Shown here: in pieces, positions 20,565-30,526 of the stretch | Numbering within the stretch: the stretch's first letter is position 1 | Layout: each line of letters opens with the position of its first letter | From: Verrucomicrobiota bacterium | GTDB taxonomy: Bacteria > Verrucomicrobiota > Verrucomicrobiia > Opitutales > Seribacteraceae | Direction: 5' to 3' | Length of the DNA stretch: 64,000 nt | Assembly (NCBI GenBank): GCA_027622665.1 | Contig: JAQBYT010000001.1 | Location: 256,001 to 320,000, forward strand | The notes under the pieces: generated by a model | Told to the model about the DNA's origin: nothing | The model's input: the letters and a program-made list of their open reading frames with translations, nothing else | Databases searched by the model: none | Position numbers and translations under genes: made by a program

Positions 20565-20807
20565 TCAGAAACGCAGACGCAAGTTATTCTTATTGCAAGC
20601 CGGACAATCTGCAGTTTCCAGATGGCCTCGAGTTTCGAACAATTGGTCACATTTCACGCAGTGGAAAAGCGATTGCGCAGCCATTTTTCGGTATTTTTGA
20701 TCATCCCGATTTTCGTAATGAATCCAAAGATAAAAAGTTCCGGTAATAAAACCTGCAACGCAAAGGAGGTTCATCCAGATAAACGGGAAGTGAAACAACG
20801 AATTCAT
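20565..20807 (-). CDS. small membrane-anchored zinc-ribbon hypothetical protein
   Basis: 80 aa; hydrophobic N-terminal helix, then CVKC-x12-CPAC; co-oriented between rplQ and guaA. Confidence 0.75.
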   Translation of the reverse strand: MNSLFHFPFIWMNLLCVAGFITGTFYLWIHYENRDDQKYRKMAAQSLFHCVKCDQLFETRGHLETADCPACNKNNLRLRF

Positions 20808-20846
20808 CGACGTAACCGCAAGATTGATCGCACCGAACAGACCATG

Positions 20847-21572
20847 TTAATCGTTTTTGGTATCACCTTTGGAATCATCAGCAGTATTATCGGTAGATTT
20901 TTTTTCGACTGGTTCGTCAGCAGAATTTTCGGATAACGTTTCTTCAGTTGTGTCGTCCACATCAGAAGTTGTTTCTAATTCCGACTCTTGATCATCATCT
21001 AAATCAGTAATATTATCTTCGGCAGCGACTGGAGCGACAGATTCCGTAAACTCTCCAGTATCTTCAACAACTGCCTCCTCTACATCATCAGCTTCCTCTT
21101 GTTCAGTTTTCTTTTGCTTAGACTTCAAAGATTTGGATTTCTTGTCAGTCTTTTTGCCGCTTCCTTTTCTTTTGCCATAACCTTTATCCGAAGCTTTGAC
21201 GAATTCGATAATAGCCATGTCGGCTGCATCTCCAAGACGAGGGATTGCGAGTTTATAGATACGGGTGTAACCACCTGTCCGATTTACAAAATCCTCAGCA
21301 AGTTCATCAAAGAGCTTTTGAACGGATTTCTTATTTCTAAGACGAGCGATGGCCAATCGCCGATAATGAATTTTCTTGGCTGCATCATCTAAAAGATGAG
21401 CTTTTTTTGCCAAGGTAATAATTTTCTCGATCGAAGGCCTCAAGGCTTTGGCTTTTGCCAAAGTTGTACGGATACGCCCATTTTCAATAAGGGCACAACA
21501 CATGTTCGCCATCAATGAGAGTCGATGGGCGGACTTTACCCCGAGAAGATGCTTATGCTTTGAGTGGCGCAT
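20847..21572 (-). CDS. rplQ: 50S ribosomal protein L17 with long C-terminal basic then acidic extension
   Basis: MRH...RIRTTLAKAK...GGYTRI...R.GDAA; follows rpoA. Confidence 0.97.
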   Translation of the reverse strand: MRHSKHKHLLGVKSAHRLSLMANMCCALIENGRIRTTLAKAKALRPSIEKIITLAKKAHLLDDAAKKIHYRRLAIARLRNKKSVQKLFDELAEDFVNRTGGYTRIYKLAIPRLGDAADMAIIEFVKASDKGYGKRKGSGKKTDKKSKSLKSKQKKTEQEEADDVEEAVVEDTGEFTESVAPVAAEDNITDLDDDQESELETTSDVDDTTEETLSENSADEPVEKKSTDNTADDSKGDTKND

Positions 21573-21592
21573 GGGAAAGGATGTAAAAGATA

Positions 21593-22591
21593 TTAGTTGG
21601 CAGAAGGTTCAAGCAAGCGATTTTCAAACTTCATGCCCAAGGACAATCCGAGTTGCTCCAGTGTCTGTTTGATTTCATTCAGAGATTTTTTGCCGAAGTT
21701 GCGGTATTTAAGCATTTCGGGCTCAGCCTTGGTGGCTAACTCGCCAACAGTTGTAATATTGGCATTGTTAAGACAATTCGCAGCACGAACGGAAAGTTCG
21801 ATTTCATTCACGCTCATACTGAGTAAATTGCGCAAGCGATTTTGTTCTTCGCTAACTTCCTTGGTTTGACTTTCAAACTGAATATCATCGTCACTGATTT
21901 CCTCGAAAACATCAAGGTGATGACGAAGTATTGCCGCAGATTGCTTGAGTGCATCGTCAGGTGTAATGCGACCGTCCGTATGCACTTCCAAAATAAGCTT
22001 ATCATAATCGGTCATTTGGCCGACTCGGGTATTCTGTACCTCATATTTGACGAGCGTGACCGGACTATATAACGCATCGACGTTGATTACCCCGAGAGGC
22101 TGGTCTTCACTCTTATTGTCCTCCCCGAGGCAAAACCCGCGACCTATCGTAACAGTCATCTCCGCCTGCACTCGCAACTTGCGGTCCGTCGTGAGGATTA
22201 CTTGCTTAGGGTTTATAACTTCAACGCCATCAACAGGAGTAATGTCAGCAGCTGTAATCTCACCTTCTTTTTCTATGTCAAGAGTGAGCTCAAAAGGTTC
22301 TGTTTTATGGCAAACCAGAAGGACTTTTTTCAGGTTAAGTACAATGTCGCAAACATCCTCGCAAACGCCATCTAAGCTCTGAAATTCATGCTGAGCTTGA
22401 TGAAGCTTCAACGTAGAAATAGCTGCTCCTTCGATGGAGCTCAGCAATACGCGACGAAAGGCGTTGCCGATGGTGTGCCCATAGCCGGACTCAAATGGTT
22501 CGGCTATGAATTTCGCGTAAATGTCGGTTGAGGATTCCTCCTCCTTGATGAGACGGTTTGGGAGTTCGAACTTTCCAAGTCGCTTGGCCAT
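21593..22591 (-). CDS. rpoA: RNA polymerase subunit alpha
   Basis: EPFESGYGHTIGNAFRRVLLSS; LSVRAANCL; NFGKKSL. Confidence 0.99.
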   Translation of the reverse strand: MAKRLGKFELPNRLIKEEESSTDIYAKFIAEPFESGYGHTIGNAFRRVLLSSIEGAAISTLKLHQAQHEFQSLDGVCEDVCDIVLNLKKVLLVCHKTEPFELTLDIEKEGEITAADITPVDGVEVINPKQVILTTDRKLRVQAEMTVTIGRGFCLGEDNKSEDQPLGVINVDALYSPVTLVKYEVQNTRVGQMTDYDKLILEVHTDGRITPDDALKQSAAILRHHLDVFEEISDDDIQFESQTKEVSEEQNRLRNLLSMSVNEIELSVRAANCLNNANITTVGELATKAEPEMLKYRNFGKKSLNEIKQTLEQLGLSLGMKFENRLLEPSAN

Positions 22592-22639
22592 AATAAGTAT
22601 GAGTTGTTAAAAATATGATCTGTTTGAAGTCGGTAAGAT

Positions 22640-23248
22640 TTAGCGACTGTAAAATTCAACGACCAGTTGCACGTTAATGCTCTGATCGAGTTCCTCCGGA
22701 TCCGGGAGGCGATCCACGGTTCCTTGAAGCGAATCTACATTTACAGTCACCCAAGCAGGAGTGGGGCGATATTGAGCATCTTCGAGGTTGCGAGTTGCGA
22801 GTTGCCGTGAAGATGTTTTTTCACGCACACCAACTACATCTCCAGCCGAAACATGAAAATTTGGAACATCTACTTTTTTCCCATTAACGAGCATGTGGCC
22901 ATGGTTGACGAATTGACGAGCTGCTTGACGAGTTCTCGCCAATCCCATGCGGTATACCACATTGTCCAAACGTGTCTCAAGCATGGTGAGAAAAACTTCT
23001 CCGGTTACTCCGGGTTTGGCCTTCGCCTTTTCAAAAGTGTTGCGAAACTGCTTTTCTGTTAGACCAAAGGAGTAGCGCAATTTCTGTTTCTCGTTTAAGC
23101 CGAGACCGTAGTCCTTTAGCTTTCTGCGAATGTTCCTGCCGTGCTGACCAGGTGGGTAGGCTCTGCGTTCGAATGCCTTGTTCGCAGGGAACAAGGCCAT
23201 ACCAAAGCGACGATTAATGCGAGTAGTGGGTCCAGTATAACGAGACAT
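22640..23248 (-). CDS. rpsD: 30S ribosomal protein S4
   Basis: MSRYTGP, PPGQHG, LETRLDNVVYR, VVEFYSR. Confidence 0.99.
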   Translation of the reverse strand: MSRYTGPTTRINRRFGMALFPANKAFERRAYPPGQHGRNIRRKLKDYGLGLNEKQKLRYSFGLTEKQFRNTFEKAKAKPGVTGEVFLTMLETRLDNVVYRMGLARTRQAARQFVNHGHMLVNGKKVDVPNFHVSAGDVVGVREKTSSRQLATRNLEDAQYRPTPAWVTVNVDSLQGTVDRLPDPEELDQSINVQLVVEFYSR

Positions 23249-23277
23249 GACTTAAATAAAGTGTGAAAGAAAATTAG

Positions 23278-23889
23278 TTAAACCCGACGACGCTTAGGGG
23301 CACGGCATCCGTTGTGGGGAACAGGAGTCACATCTATAATGGACGACACCTTGAATCCAAGACTCTGCAGGGAACGCACTGCAGAATCGCGACCCATACC
23401 CGGGCCTTTTATCTTTACGATTAGTTCCTTCATGCCGTGAGACATAGCGACCCGACCTGCATCTTGAGTGACAACCTGAGCGGCATAAGCAGTAGATTTT
23501 CGAGACCCTCTGAAGTTACATTTCCCAGAGCTCGACCATGATATGACATTACCCTTGAGATCAGAAAAGGAGACTTTGGTATTATTAAACGTAGCTATTA
23601 CATGGCAAATGCCGGAAGTAACATTTTTACTTCCCTTAGCTTTTCGAACCTTCACCTCCTCGATATCTGTTCCGAGCAAGTCTTTTGCGGTCTCTTCCTT
23701 TTTTTCTTTTGTCGCAGAGTTTTCGCCCGCATCAACATCTTTGCCTCCAGTTTCAGAAACAGGAGTTTCGCTTGCCGGAACTATCTTCGATACTTCCTCA
23801 ACAATTTCGGGCAAAGCCTTGGAAGGAGGTTCTGAAGACTTTTCCTTATCCTTGTCGCTTACAGTTTCTTTTAATTCGTCTTTACTCAT
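23278..23889 (-). CDS. rpsK: 30S ribosomal protein S11 with ~80-aa N-terminal extension
   Basis: [39 protein letters not shown]. Confidence 0.97.
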   Translation of the reverse strand: MSKDELKETVSDKDKEKSSEPPSKALPEIVEEVSKIVPASETPVSETGGKDVDAGENSATKEKKEETAKDLLGTDIEEVKVRKAKGSKNVTSGICHVIATFNNTKVSFSDLKGNVISWSSSGKCNFRGSRKSTAYAAQVVTQDAGRVAMSHGMKELIVKIKGPGMGRDSAVRSLQSLGFKVSSIIDVTPVPHNGCRAPKRRRV

Positions 23890-23929
23890 GAGAAAACATT
23901 CTTAATGGGAATGGTGTTGTATAAGGGTA

Positions 23930-24304
23930 TTATTTATTGCGAACGACACCCACAGTCTTGCGACCACCTTTTCTAGTTCGGGCATTAGTGATTGTACGTT
24001 GGCCACGTACAGGCAAACCGCGCTGATGGCGCAGTCCACGGTAAGAACGTATACTCTGAAGTCTTTTAAGGTTAGCGGTGACATCTCGACGAAGATCACC
24101 CTCGACTAAATACTTCCGCTCAAGAATGACATTCATTATTTTACTTAAATCTTGCTCACTTAAATCCTGAGTACGAAGATTCGGATCAATTTGGGCTTCT
24201 TCGAGCACACTTCTCGAACGTGTAGGGCCAATGCCATATACGTATCGTAACGAATACTCTATTTTTTTACGGTTTGGGATGTCTACTCCGAGCAAGCGAG
24301 CCAT
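23930..24304 (-). CDS. rpsM: 30S ribosomal protein S13
   Basis: MARLLGVDIP, YGIG, YRGLRH..GLPVRGQRT. Confidence 0.99.
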   Translation of the reverse strand: MARLLGVDIPNRKKIEYSLRYVYGIGPTRSRSVLEEAQIDPNLRTQDLSEQDLSKIMNVILERKYLVEGDLRRDVTANLKRLQSIRSYRGLRHQRGLPVRGQRTITNARTRKGGRKTVGVVRNK

Positions 24305-24337
24305 GATAATTATATGGTTAAAATGAAATTTAAAATG

Positions 24338-25888
24338 TTATGGAGTAAGAAAGTGAGCAGCTAAGCCAAGAATGAGAAGAGCGGCGGATATCCAAATCAA
24401 AGGACGCCATTGAGCTTCAAACTCTTTCAGTTCGAGCGACTCTATCCCCTGCCCTTGAACTGAAGCGCTACGGCCACGCAAGCGACCTTTTCGCAAAAAA
24501 CCATCGTAGTGACGCTGCAGAAGGAAAGTCTCAATTTGTCGCATGGTATCGAGCACTACACCAACAATAATGAGAAGACCAGTACCACCGAAGAAGGTCG
24601 CGACATTATATGAAACACCGGCAAAATTAAAAATAATGTCAGGAAAGACTGCGATAAGGGTTAAAAAAATAGATCCTGCGAGGGTAAGCCTAGTCATTAC
24701 AAAGTCAAGAAATCGGGCAGTTGGCTCACCAGGTCGGACACCGGGAACATAACCGCCGTTTTTCTTCAAATCATCGGCAATTTGTACGGGTTTGAACATA
24801 ATCGAAACCCAAAAGTAGCTGAATACAAGTATGAGCCCCGCATACACAGAGTAATACAGGAAGCCTCTGCCCGCGAACATAGATGCTAAATCTAACGCCC
24901 AGTTTGAGTCAGCAGGACTGTCTGCCATTGCAGCACCAAGTGTTCTGAGCAACTGGGCAGGAAACATCAGAATCGCACTTGCGAAAATCACAGGCATTAC
25001 CCCAGCATAATTCACCTTAAGAGGCAAAAAAGAGCTTTGGCCACCGAACACCTTGCGCCCTACGACACGCTTTGCATACTGTACCGGAATCTTACGTTGA
25101 GCTTGCGTTACTGCAATTACACCAGCAACAACCAAGAGAAAAAGGCCTACCATCAGGAGCGCTTTGACCCAAACTAAATTATCTCCGGCTGGAGCCTGGA
25201 AGACCAAAGCGTAGGCATCCGCAAGTGCCTTCGGAAGATCAGACAAAATACCTACTGTTATAAGAAGAGAGATTCCGTTCCCGATTCCCCTTTGTGTGAT
25301 TTGCTCACCAAGCCACATCAAAATTATCGTCCCAGTGGTAAGAAAGACTACGGTGTTGGCGAAAAACATCGAGGATTGAGAAACGACTATTGCACCGAAA
25401 GGTTGACCGCTCATCCCAAGGCTATTGGGATTAAAACCCTGAATCAGAGAGCCAGGGCTGTCTCGCAATGCCAATGCTAGCAGTCCGCCCTGCACTAAAC
25501 AAATTACAATTGTCAAGTAGCGAGTATATTGTGAAATTTTTTGACGCCCAGGTTCACCCTCCTGCTGCAAACGGGCAAGCTGGGGAAAGACCGCACCCAT
25601 TAACTGCATTATAATTGAGGCACTGATATATGGCATTATACCTAAGGCAAAGAGAGCACCATTAAGCAATGCACCACCTGTGAACATATTGTAAAAGCCC
25701 AGAATATCATTTCCGTCATCCTGACCTTGCGTGGCTCGCCATTCAAAGAAGTCGCGTATTGGAGTGGGATCAACTCCAGGCAGCGGTACATTTGCACCGA
25801 CTCGAGCAATAAATAACAAAGCCAGCGTAAAAAATATACGCTGACGAAGCTCAGGTATCTTGAGCGAATTTGTGAACGCCGATAACAT
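24338..25888 (-). CDS. secY: preprotein translocase subunit SecY
   Basis: ALGIMPYISASII, GIGNGISL, PVIFAS, GVRPG, FGGTGLLI. Confidence 0.99.
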   Translation of the reverse strand: MLSAFTNSLKIPELRQRIFFTLALLFIARVGANVPLPGVDPTPIRDFFEWRATQGQDDGNDILGFYNMFTGGALLNGALFALGIMPYISASIIMQLMGAVFPQLARLQQEGEPGRQKISQYTRYLTIVICLVQGGLLALALRDSPGSLIQGFNPNSLGMSGQPFGAIVVSQSSMFFANTVVFLTTGTIILMWLGEQITQRGIGNGISLLITVGILSDLPKALADAYALVFQAPAGDNLVWVKALLMVGLFLLVVAGVIAVTQAQRKIPVQYAKRVVGRKVFGGQSSFLPLKVNYAGVMPVIFASAILMFPAQLLRTLGAAMADSPADSNWALDLASMFAGRGFLYYSVYAGLILVFSYFWVSIMFKPVQIADDLKKNGGYVPGVRPGEPTARFLDFVMTRLTLAGSIFLTLIAVFPDIIFNFAGVSYNVATFFGGTGLLIIVGVVLDTMRQIETFLLQRHYDGFLRKGRLRGRSASVQGQGIESLELKEFEAQWRPLIWISAALLILGLAAHFLTP

Positions 25889-25941
25889 TAAATAGAAGAG
25901 GAAGCCTATAGAAATTTAGCCAGTGAGTGAAATCCAAACTA

Positions 25942-26379
25942 CTATGAACTAGTTTCGACGGATCCCCCTGCAGCCTTAATTTTTTCTTCGGCGGATGAAG
26001 AGCATTTGCAAACCTTGACTATGTAAGATTTTTTTACTTCGCCTTGGCCCAGCAGCTTTATGGAAATTGCGTTTGAACGGATGATGCCTGCCGCTTTAGC
26101 GGAAACAAGATCGACTACATCTCCTTCAATCTTCTCCAATTCGCTGATATTCACAAGAGCGTACTCTTTTCGAAACCGAGCGTTGTTGAAACCTCGGCGA
26201 GGAAGTTTCCTGAAGAGGGGCATCTGCCCACCTTCAAATCCAGGTCTAAGAGAATAACCCGAGCGAGATTTTGCTCCGTTCTCACCTCTGCCGCATGTTT
26301 TACCTCGTCCGTTTCCTTCGCCACGACCGACACGTTTTCGCGCATGGGTAGCACCCGATGGTATAGCATGTTCCTTCAT
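25942..26379 (-). CDS. rplO: 50S ribosomal protein L15
   Basis: RVGRGEGNGRGKTCGRG, GFEGGQMP. Confidence 0.98.
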   Translation of the reverse strand: MKEHAIPSGATHARKRVGRGEGNGRGKTCGRGENGAKSRSGYSLRPGFEGGQMPLFRKLPRRGFNNARFRKEYALVNISELEKIEGDVVDLVSAKAAGIIRSNAISIKLLGQGEVKKSYIVKVCKCSSSAEEKIKAAGGSVETSS

Positions 26380-26384
26380 TTGAA

Positions 26385-27008
26385 TTACTTTTTGATGTCC
26401 GAGGGACTAGTTACAGTTGAACCGCTGGAATTATCGACGGGCTCAGAAGGGGAGGGAAGGACTGTAGATGAAACCATAGACATTCCTTTAACTTCCTCGC
26501 CCCGAATGGCAGAAATCACTTCCGCAGTGCGCAACTGTTGAAGACCTTGAATTGTAGCTGTAACGACAGCTAAGTGGTTGCTGGAACCCATCGATTTGGA
26601 AAGAATATTTTTAATTCCGACCGCTTCAAGCACAGCTCGAACTCCACCTCCTGCAATAATACCCGTTCCAGGTCTTGCCGGTCGTAAAAACACTCTTCCT
26701 CCATCGGCTTTCCCGTGAACTTGGTGAGGAATAGTATCCCCGCATAATAAATACAGTTTCATGGCTTTACGAGCTTGCTCAGTTCCTTTGCGTATCGCAT
26801 CGGGAACCATCTGGGCTTTGCCATAACCATAGCCAACTCGGCCGTTTTGATCACCGACGACAACAAGGGCAGCAAAGCTGAAACGGCGTCCACCCTTCAC
26901 TACCTTGGAGCAACGGTTAATGTGCACTACTTTTTCAAAGAATTCAGATTCTTCCTCTTCAGGAACAGGTTTTCTTCGACGTTGAGAAAATCTTGGTTGG
27001 ACACTCAT
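26385..27008 (-). CDS. rpsE: 30S ribosomal protein S5
   Basis: KVVKGGRRFSF, GTGIIAGG; ATG at 27008 (track start overlaps rplR); Ser/Pro-rich C-tail. Confidence 0.97.
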   Translation of the reverse strand: MSVQPRFSQRRRKPVPEEEESEFFEKVVHINRCSKVVKGGRRFSFAALVVVGDQNGRVGYGYGKAQMVPDAIRKGTEQARKAMKLYLLCGDTIPHQVHGKADGGRVFLRPARPGTGIIAGGGVRAVLEAVGIKNILSKSMGSSNHLAVVTATIQGLQQLRTAEVISAIRGEEVKGMSMVSSTVLPSPSEPVDNSSGSTVTSPSDIKK

Positions 27009-27030
27009 TTCAGGCGTTTGCAATAATGGG

Positions 27031-27387
27031 TTAAAATACAATTCCGGAGGCTCGGACAACTTCCGCAAAAGCCTTGACACAACCATGATACTTGCGACCG
27101 GCTCGGTCAAATACTACAGTCGTGACACCTGCAACCTTAGCCCTTTCGGCAAAAACTTTGCCCAATTTAACGGATCCGTCAAGATTAGGCAAAACGCCAA
27201 TCAAATCATTAGCATTCGTCGAGGAGGCGACCAATGTTCTAGCGACAGAATCATCGATGCACTGAACATGAATGTTTTTATTAGTAAAACATATGGTCAA
27301 TCGGGGTCTTTCGGCAGTGCCGCGAACCTTCTTTCGAATTCGCCAGCGACGCTTTTGTCTCAATTCCTTTTTTTTAGATAGTTTCAT
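27031..27387 (-). CDS. rplR: 50S ribosomal protein L18
   Basis: GTAERPRL, VVFDRAGRKYHG. Confidence 0.98.
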   Translation of the reverse strand: MKLSKKKELRQKRRWRIRKKVRGTAERPRLTICFTNKNIHVQCIDDSVARTLVASSTNANDLIGVLPNLDGSVKLGKVFAERAKVAGVTTVVFDRAGRKYHGCVKAFAEVVRASGIVF

Positions 27388-27409
27388 GTATCAAGTGGCT
27401 CTTTTTGAC

Positions 27410-27946
27410 CTAAGCTGATTTTTTGCCTTCCTTGCGTCGAACGAACTCACCCACAATTCGAACTCCCTTGCCTTTGTAAGGTTCAACTGGGTAGTAACTC
27501 TTGATATCGGCAGTCACCTGTCCCACCTTTTGCTTGTCGGGGCCTTCGACGTGTATCTTCACATTGTCAGAAACGGTAACGGTGACACCTTCAGGTATCG
27601 AATATTCGATTGGATGGGAATAGCCTAACTCAAGGTCAACAAGGTTGCCTTTAACGGTGGCCCTAAAGCCCACGCCTTCAATAAGTAAATCCTTAGAATA
27701 AGACTTAACGACTCCATCAACCATATTCGAAATGATGGAACGAGCCGTTCCATACATAGCCCTTGCAGGTCGAGTATCGTCGGACGGAGTAACAGTAATT
27801 ACATTATCTTGCACAACAATTTGCGCCAACTTGGAAAAATGCTTTTTAAGTTTCCCATTCGGGCCGGTAACATTGACGAGGTTATCCTGAACGGAAACTT
27901 CAACGCCTGAAGGAATGTTTATTGGCAACTTGCCTTTCCTGCTCAT
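27410..27946 (-). CDS. rplF: 50S ribosomal protein L6
   Basis: MSRKGKLPI, LGYSHP, EPYKGKGVR. Confidence 0.99.
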   Translation of the reverse strand: MSRKGKLPINIPSGVEVSVQDNLVNVTGPNGKLKKHFSKLAQIVVQDNVITVTPSDDTRPARAMYGTARSIISNMVDGVVKSYSKDLLIEGVGFRATVKGNLVDLELGYSHPIEYSIPEGVTVTVSDNVKIHVEGPDKQKVGQVTADIKSYYPVEPYKGKGVRIVGEFVRRKEGKKSA

Positions 27947-27991
27947 TTATAAATTATCCTTTGATTGTATTAAAGAGAGTGGTGGTGGGAT

Positions 27992-28390
27992 TTACCAAAC
28001 ATTACAAAGAATTTCTCCGCCAACCTTTTGTCGGCGTGCCGAGGAATCATCAAGTAAGCCTTTTGGCGTACTCAGTATCGAAATTCCCAACCCGTCAAGA
28101 ACCCGTGGTATTTCTCTGTAACCGCAATATGATCGAAGGCCCGGTGTGCTAGCTCGAGAAATTCCTTTGATAGCATGGCTTCCCTCTACATATTTAAGTC
28201 GAACTTGAATATTTTTCCAGCCTTTATCATCAATCGCTTCCCCAAAACTTTCAACAAAGCCACGGTCCTTAAGGATACGGGCAATTCCCTCCCGCACCTT
28301 TGAATGAGGATAGGCACAGGATTCCTTGCCTGCACTACCGGCATTTCGAATAACCGTTATAAAATCACCTATGGCATCATGAATTGACAT
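27992..28390 (-). CDS. rpsH: 30S ribosomal protein S8
   Basis: DAIGDFITVIRN, STPGLR, STPKG, GGEILCNVW. Confidence 0.98.
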   Translation of the reverse strand: MSIHDAIGDFITVIRNAGSAGKESCAYPHSKVREGIARILKDRGFVESFGEAIDDKGWKNIQVRLKYVEGSHAIKGISRASTPGLRSYCGYREIPRVLDGLGISILSTPKGLLDDSSARRQKVGGEILCNVW

Positions 28391-28423
28391 CTTTGTAACT
28401 CTTAGTTGGAGATTATGAAATAT

Positions 28424-28729
28424 TTACCACGAGGCCTTGATCACGCCCGGTAACTTGCCTTGTAAGGCCATCTCGCGAAATGTGATGCGAGAAAGACCAA
28501 ATTTTCGAATAAAGGAACGCGATCTCCCCGTAGCCGAACATCTTCTAGAGACTCGAACGGCAGAAGAATTGCGTGGGAGTTTGGCTAATTTAGACTGGGC
28601 GGAGTATAAATCCTCCACTTCAGTCTCGGGGTTAGTGATTATGGCCTTGAGGGCGGCTCGCTTGGTCGCGTAACGCTCAACCAACAGAATACGCTTATTG
28701 TTGCGAGCAATTGTAGATTTTTTTGCCAT
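28424..28729 (-). CDS. rpsN: 30S ribosomal protein S14 (101-aa form lacking the zinc ribbon)
   Basis: [34 protein letters not shown]. Confidence 0.98.
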   Translation of the reverse strand: MAKKSTIARNNKRILLVERYATKRAALKAIITNPETEVEDLYSAQSKLAKLPRNSSAVRVSRRCSATGRSRSFIRKFGLSRITFREMALQGKLPGVIKASW

Positions 28730-28759
28730 AATTATTTAGGGGTAATTCTAATAAAAGAT

Positions 28760-29338
28760 TTATGCGGCTGCATCATCCTGATTTTGTTGCTCGGAAGAAG
28801 TCTTACGAAAGGGCATGCCAAGATGAGAGAGTAGTTCATGTCCCTCTTTGTCGGTCGCGGCAGAAGTTACAATACTGATATCGAGGCCAATGTTAGTACG
28901 CTGACGCTCGACATTAATTTCTGGAAAAATACTATGGTCAGTGATTCCGAGAGTGTAATTGCCATTACCGTCAAGCCGTGATGACACGCCCCTGAAGTCT
29001 CGAATGTTGGGTAATGAAATAGCAAGCAGTCTAAAGAGAAAATCCCACATCACCTCTCCCCTCAAGGTAACCATAAGGCCGACAGGCATCCCTTCGCGAA
29101 CCTTGAAATTGGAAACACTTATTCGAGCCTTACATATTACAGGAGATTGCCCCGCAATCGAAGCAAAGTCCTTTCGCAAGTCTTCCAAGCCAGCCTTGTC
29201 CATTTCTTCCCCGAAACCAGTATTAAGGACAATTTTAAGTACTTTTGGAACTTGATGGATATTCTTGTAACCAAGTCCCTTCATCAATGCTGGGACAATT
29301 TGGTCAGAATATTTTTTTTGTAAAAATGCTTGGCTCAT
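28760..29338 (-). CDS. rplE: 50S ribosomal protein L5
   Basis: PKVLKIVLN, FKVREG, RDFRG, GNYTLG. Confidence 0.98.
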   Translation of the reverse strand: MSQAFLQKKYSDQIVPALMKGLGYKNIHQVPKVLKIVLNTGFGEEMDKAGLEDLRKDFASIAGQSPVICKARISVSNFKVREGMPVGLMVTLRGEVMWDFLFRLLAISLPNIRDFRGVSSRLDGNGNYTLGITDHSIFPEINVERQRTNIGLDISIVTSAATDKEGHELLSHLGMPFRKTSSEQQNQDDAAA

Positions 29339-29358
29339 GTCTGTGAGTGTAAAAATTC

Positions 29359-29616
29359 TTATGAGGTACGCTTAGCTGCTCGTTCGGTGTGGCGAGATGA
29401 AAGCATTATGTTGGAATAGTGCAGAGATGCTTCTCTTTCTATAATTGAACCCTCCGGATTATCTTGGCTCTTGCGCTCATGACGTTTAACAAGATTAACA
29501 CCCTCTACGATTATGCGATTTTTTGCACGAAGCACTTCGAGGACTTTACCTTTTTTGGCCTTATGTTCACCGGCAATTACGGTAACTTCATCTCCTCTTT
29601 TTATCATTTTTGCCAT
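29359..29616 (-). CDS. rplX: 50S ribosomal protein L24 (short C-terminus)
   Basis: [15 protein letters not shown] motif, VEGVN, HYSNI. Confidence 0.96.
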   Translation of the reverse strand: MAKMIKRGDEVTVIAGEHKAKKGKVLEVLRAKNRIIVEGVNLVKRHERKSQDNPEGSIIEREASLHYSNIMLSSRHTERAAKRTS

Positions 29617-29618
29617 GG

Positions 29619-29981
29619 TCAAAGAACCTCTGGTGCGAGAGATATAATTTTCATAAACTTAGATCGAAGCTCACGAGCAACAGGACCGAAAATGCGAGTT
29701 CCAACAGGAACTCCATCGTTGCCAACTAATACTATCGCATTTTCGTCGAAACGTATATAGCTGCCATCGGGTCGACGGATAGGAGCTCTAGTGCGTACGA
29801 CAACACCCCTAACAACCGAACCTTTCTTTACAGCTGAGTCTGTAGAACTTTCTTTAATGTGGCAAACGATTATATCGCCCACGCTTGCCGTTTTTTTGTT
29901 CTGCCCAAGCCTTCTAATCATACGAGCTTTCTTTGCTCCCGTATTATCGGCGACCTCCACGCGGCTAAGTAATTGAATCAT
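29619..29981 (-). CDS. rplN: 50S ribosomal protein L14
   Basis: MIQ...[30 protein letters not shown] at 29981. Confidence 0.99.
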   Translation of the reverse strand: MIQLLSRVEVADNTGAKKARMIRRLGQNKKTASVGDIIVCHIKESSTDSAVKKGSVVRGVVVRTRAPIRRPDGSYIRFDENAIVLVGNDGVPVGTRIFGPVARELRSKFMKIISLAPEVL

Positions 29982-29997
29982 GACAGTAAGAAATAGA

Positions 29998-30279
29998 TTA
30001 GGCGTTAGCAGCGTTCGGAGCACGATGTACGATTGAAACCACTCGCCAGCGTTTAAGCTTACTCAGCGGACGGGTAGCCATAATGCGAACGCGGTCACCA
30101 ACACCCGCTTGGTTTTCTTCGTCGTGAGCATGTACTGTAGTTTTTCGGCGAATTTCCTTCTTGTAAAGAGGGTGAGGCACTTTGTATTCGTACACCACCT
30201 TGAGCGACTTGTCGCCGGTCTTGGAACGCACGATACCGAGTAGTTCCTTGCGTTTGTTGCGTGATTCGCTTTCAGTCAT
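29998..30279 (-). CDS. rpsQ: 30S ribosomal protein S17
   Basis: [20 protein letters not shown]. Confidence 0.98.
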   Translation of the reverse strand: MTESESRNKRKELLGIVRSKTGDKSLKVVYEYKVPHPLYKKEIRRKTTVHAHDEENQAGVGDRVRIMATRPLSKLKRWRVVSIVHRAPNAANA

Positions 30280-30291
30280 AGTATAAATAGA

Positions 30292-30504
30292 TCAGGCTTT
30301 GGCAGCGATTGCTTCGGAAGATAATTTTTCGGCCAATATAGTATTGATTCTGGCTCGTTCTCGGCGTAAAGAGCAAAGCATGTGTGGCTTTTCTACCTGC
30401 CCAGTTTGCTTTCGTAGTCTTAGATTCATTAATTCGTCTCCTGTGTCACGAAACTTCTTTTCAAGTTCCTGAGTACTAAGTTTTCTTATTTCGGCGACCT
30501 TCAT
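30292..30504 (-). CDS. rpmC: 50S ribosomal protein L29
   Basis: 70 aa; ELMNLRL, RRERARINT; operon position. Confidence 0.96.
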   Translation of the reverse strand: MKVAEIRKLSTQELEKKFRDTGDELMNLRLRKQTGQVEKPHMLCSLRRERARINTILAEKLSSEAIAAKA

Positions 30505-30526
30505 AACAATTAAATCTTAAAGACAA

